Positions 61,325 through 64,000 of a stretch of DNA of 64,000 nt are shown here, piece after piece. The stretch is from the NCBI GenBank assembly GCA_013239625.1, contig MU053881.1, positions 3,474,001 through 3,538,000 on the forward strand. The letters are read 5' to 3'. Within the stretch, counting starts at the first letter, position 1. Each line of letters begins with the position of its first letter. Below the pieces are notes generated by a model. It was not told where the DNA came from. It saw only the letters and a list, made by a program, of their open reading frames with translations, and did not search any database. The translations under genes and the position numbers were made by a program. The DNA is from Lama guanicoe (lineage: Eukaryota).

Positions 61325-61800
61325 TAATTAATTCATTCAAGAATTCTCTGCGCTGCTACCCAGTTCCAGGCAGAATGCAGATGGATGCGGAAGAAAATGA
61401 CAGCCAAGGTCTCAAGGAGCTTCCATGCCAGTGGGGGAGACAGATGACAGACAATCAGCCCAAAAACAGGCAATTTCAGATCATAATAAATATTCCAGAC
61501 CAAATAAAACAATACCAGAGGGAGAGGACGATGTGGGAGAGACACCAGCCAGGAGGTCAGAGGATGTCTTTTGGAAGATTTGACCTTGAAAGTGAGACCC
61601 AAAGGACCAGCAGATCAAGGGGAGGAGCTTTTCAGGTAGAGGGAACGCAAGTATCAGGGCTTAGAGGCTCAGCCATGCTTGGGGGCTTACTGAAGAGTGA
61701 AGGAGCACGGAGTGAGAGACGAGGTCAGAGAGGCGGGCGGGGATCTGCTCATTTAGGGCCTCATGAGCTTGGCCAAGAAACCAGATAATATTCCTCAGAA
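61325..61800 (-). mobile_element. L2 3' fragment
   Basis: aattcattcaa...tctcaaggagcttcca...gtgggggagacaga...atttgaccttgaaagtgag...caggtagagggaac. Confidence 0.75.
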
Positions 61801-62969
61801 GGAGGGTGAGAACTCACCTTCTGCTGTTGGGTCACAAGTGCAGCCAAGAGTCTGTTCGAGCATCTGCATCAGAGGGTTCCCGTAAGCACTGTGTTTTCAC
61901 CATCCACACGCTGTGTTTCTCGGAAGAGAACAGGGTTCCCTCTTCTTCTTGGCTGCCAGGAAGCTCATCTTAGCTCTTTTCAGTTTTTCTCCAAGCCCTT
62001 TTGAAACCTATCCGAGATATTTTAGAATGAGGAGTACAGATGTTCGATTCCCTTCCACACATGACTGACACCTTCCTCCGGGCCTGTGACAACATTTCTA
62101 AAAAGCATTTGCCTTCAGAGCTTATAGAGGTTGGCTGTATTACTTGACTTTTGGGAGCCCTGGGTATTTTTACCTTCATGGGTCTTCCTCCTTCTTAATC
62201 TTAAAATTGGCATTTGATGACTATATTGGTATAAAGACACATAGATTCATATCCTATGTGAAAACATTTTCTTTGACCTACAAGTTCACTTTTTTTCCCA
62301 TCTTATTAAGACATTAAAACATCTTTGTGGGCCCTACCAGTTCTAATGGATAAGTGGGCCTTGCCAAAAGGTGAGGATGAGTAACAAAATGGGACATAGA
62401 CTGAAAATGACCCTCCAGCTTAGAAATGCCCCACTATCGGGTGGGGAGAAGCTGTTTTTGAGTTCCCTGAGAGAGCATTTGGGAGAGAGCACTGGGGTGG
62501 GAGTCCAGGGGGCTTAAGCTAGTCTCACTTCCTCCAGCAAGCCCAGGGTCAGGTGGAAGTTGCTGACCCATGGAGGACTTCAGACAAGTCCAGTCTGTTG
62601 AACGTGTGCCCTGGGGAGATGGGGAAGGGGGCAGTTAGCACTGGCCAGGGTCTCTAAGGAGCAGATCTCTTGCAGGGGGTGTTCTCTGGGGTTCCCCTTC
62701 CCACCATCATGAGCGGTTTCTCAAAATACAACTAAATATTTTTAAATGATTTTTTAACCAACCAAAACAGCTCTCATGTAAGAGCCTATGATATTTACAT
62801 ATAATAAATGAGCCCTCAGATTTGGAAAGGTTGAAAATCTCAGCTTTAAAGTACTCTGCACTCTACTATTTAATTATGACATTTTACAATGTCGTAAGGC
62901 CATGCGAAGGCACTTGGGGAAGGGACCATCTGCTCCTTCTGCAGAACAGACTTCCTAAACCACTCAGTG

Positions 62970-63095
62970 TAGGGTTGCTGGATTTAGCAAGTGAAAATAC
63001 AGGATGCCCAGTTACGTTTGAGTTTTCAATAAACAATGAATAGTTTTTTTAGAGTCAACATGTCTCAGGCAATATTTGCAATATCTGGCAACCCT
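62970..63095 (+). mobile_element. MER53-like hAT MITE, internally deleted
   Basis: Inverted ends agggttgc...gcaaccct; gatttagcaa...aaatacaggatgcccagtta...ataaacaatgaata. Confidence 0.8.
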
Positions 63096-64000
63096 CTTTG
63101 GATCTAAAGGGGATTTGGGAATGAAGGTCAAAAGGTTGTGGTCATGGACGTGGACGGGGTGAGTCTCAAGACACCTAGAAAGAAAGAATTTAGCAAAAGA
63201 AGAGAAAAAGTTAGATGAGCTGACATTTCCAAAGTCAGCTTGTGAACAGTGTTAACCTGCAGTTGTCAGTGATTCCTCAACTTCTCACACCCAGGGAGCC
63301 TTATTAAAACTTTCTGTTGCTAACTCGCGACTATCCAAACGTCAGCCCTCTAATCGACACCCGGCTCTATGACTTCGACGACATCCTCTCAGAGTTTCCG
63401 ATTGGCTTGAGTCAACATGTGATGATAAAGACTTTGTTGACAGACTCCGCATAAGTGGTCCAAGAGTCTAGCCAGAAACAGATTGAGGTAGCCTGTGTCA
63501 ACCCACAGTGGGTCTACAGGCAGACCCCACTAGGGACTCATGCTTAAACACTGAAGGTTGCTCTAGGACCTTGGGGGACCCCACTGAGGACCCCAGTTTC
63601 ATACTAGTGCTTGGGGTCATTAATCACATAGAGCACTTAAAATACTATACCTCATATTACCCAGCTCCACGTGTCCTCCATACCTTTGAGCGACAAACTA
63701 ATAAAGCCAAGCTTTCTTTCTTGGAGCTCAACAGAACTGGCCGATCCTTCTGTCCCCACTGTGGGATGCCCCATCAAAGCACACATGTCGTGCTCAGGTC
63801 CCCGAGCAAGGGGAGAGCCTGGCGCTTAAACAAATGCTTGGGCAGGGCCAGAAACTCTGTTAATTAAGTAACAATTATAACCAAGAAATAAGAATTAATT
63901 AGAGAAAAATCTAATGTCAGCATAAATAGCTTTAAACTGCAAAATAATCTTACTCCCAATTTAATTGCTTGTGTAATTAGAGTTAATTGCAGAGTAGAGG

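Noticed and set aside
1..64000. CRISPR arrays, operons or other prokaryote-type systems
   Set aside because: The sequence is mammalian; there is no repeat-spacer array or gene-dense region.

Overview
This is mammalian, repeat-rich, apparently non-coding DNA (about half recognisable interspersed repeats, CpG-depleted). Four tRNA-derived SINEs of the Vic-1 type point to a camelid genome (alpaca, llama, vicuna or camel). I find no credible protein-coding exon, RNA gene or CpG-island promoter. The ORFs with recognisable motifs are decayed L1 ORF2 or ERVL pol pieces. The repeats are many MIR and L2 relics, about 12 short 3'-end L1 insertions (several with target-site duplications, TSDs), old L1M fragments, MaLR (MLT1) LTRs, two ERV1 solo LTRs, a truncated MER21/ERVL provirus and hAT MITE relics. 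The most unusual structure is a 2.3-kb tandem duplication (18919-21242 and 21243-23928) with a nested 384-bp duplication. Its copies are near-identical in the middle but about 7% and 3% diverged next to the new junctions, and it starts beside an apparent ~360-bp inversion. I did not find a new gene system. Repeat family names come from my recall of consensus sequences, not a database search, and old-repeat boundaries are approximate.
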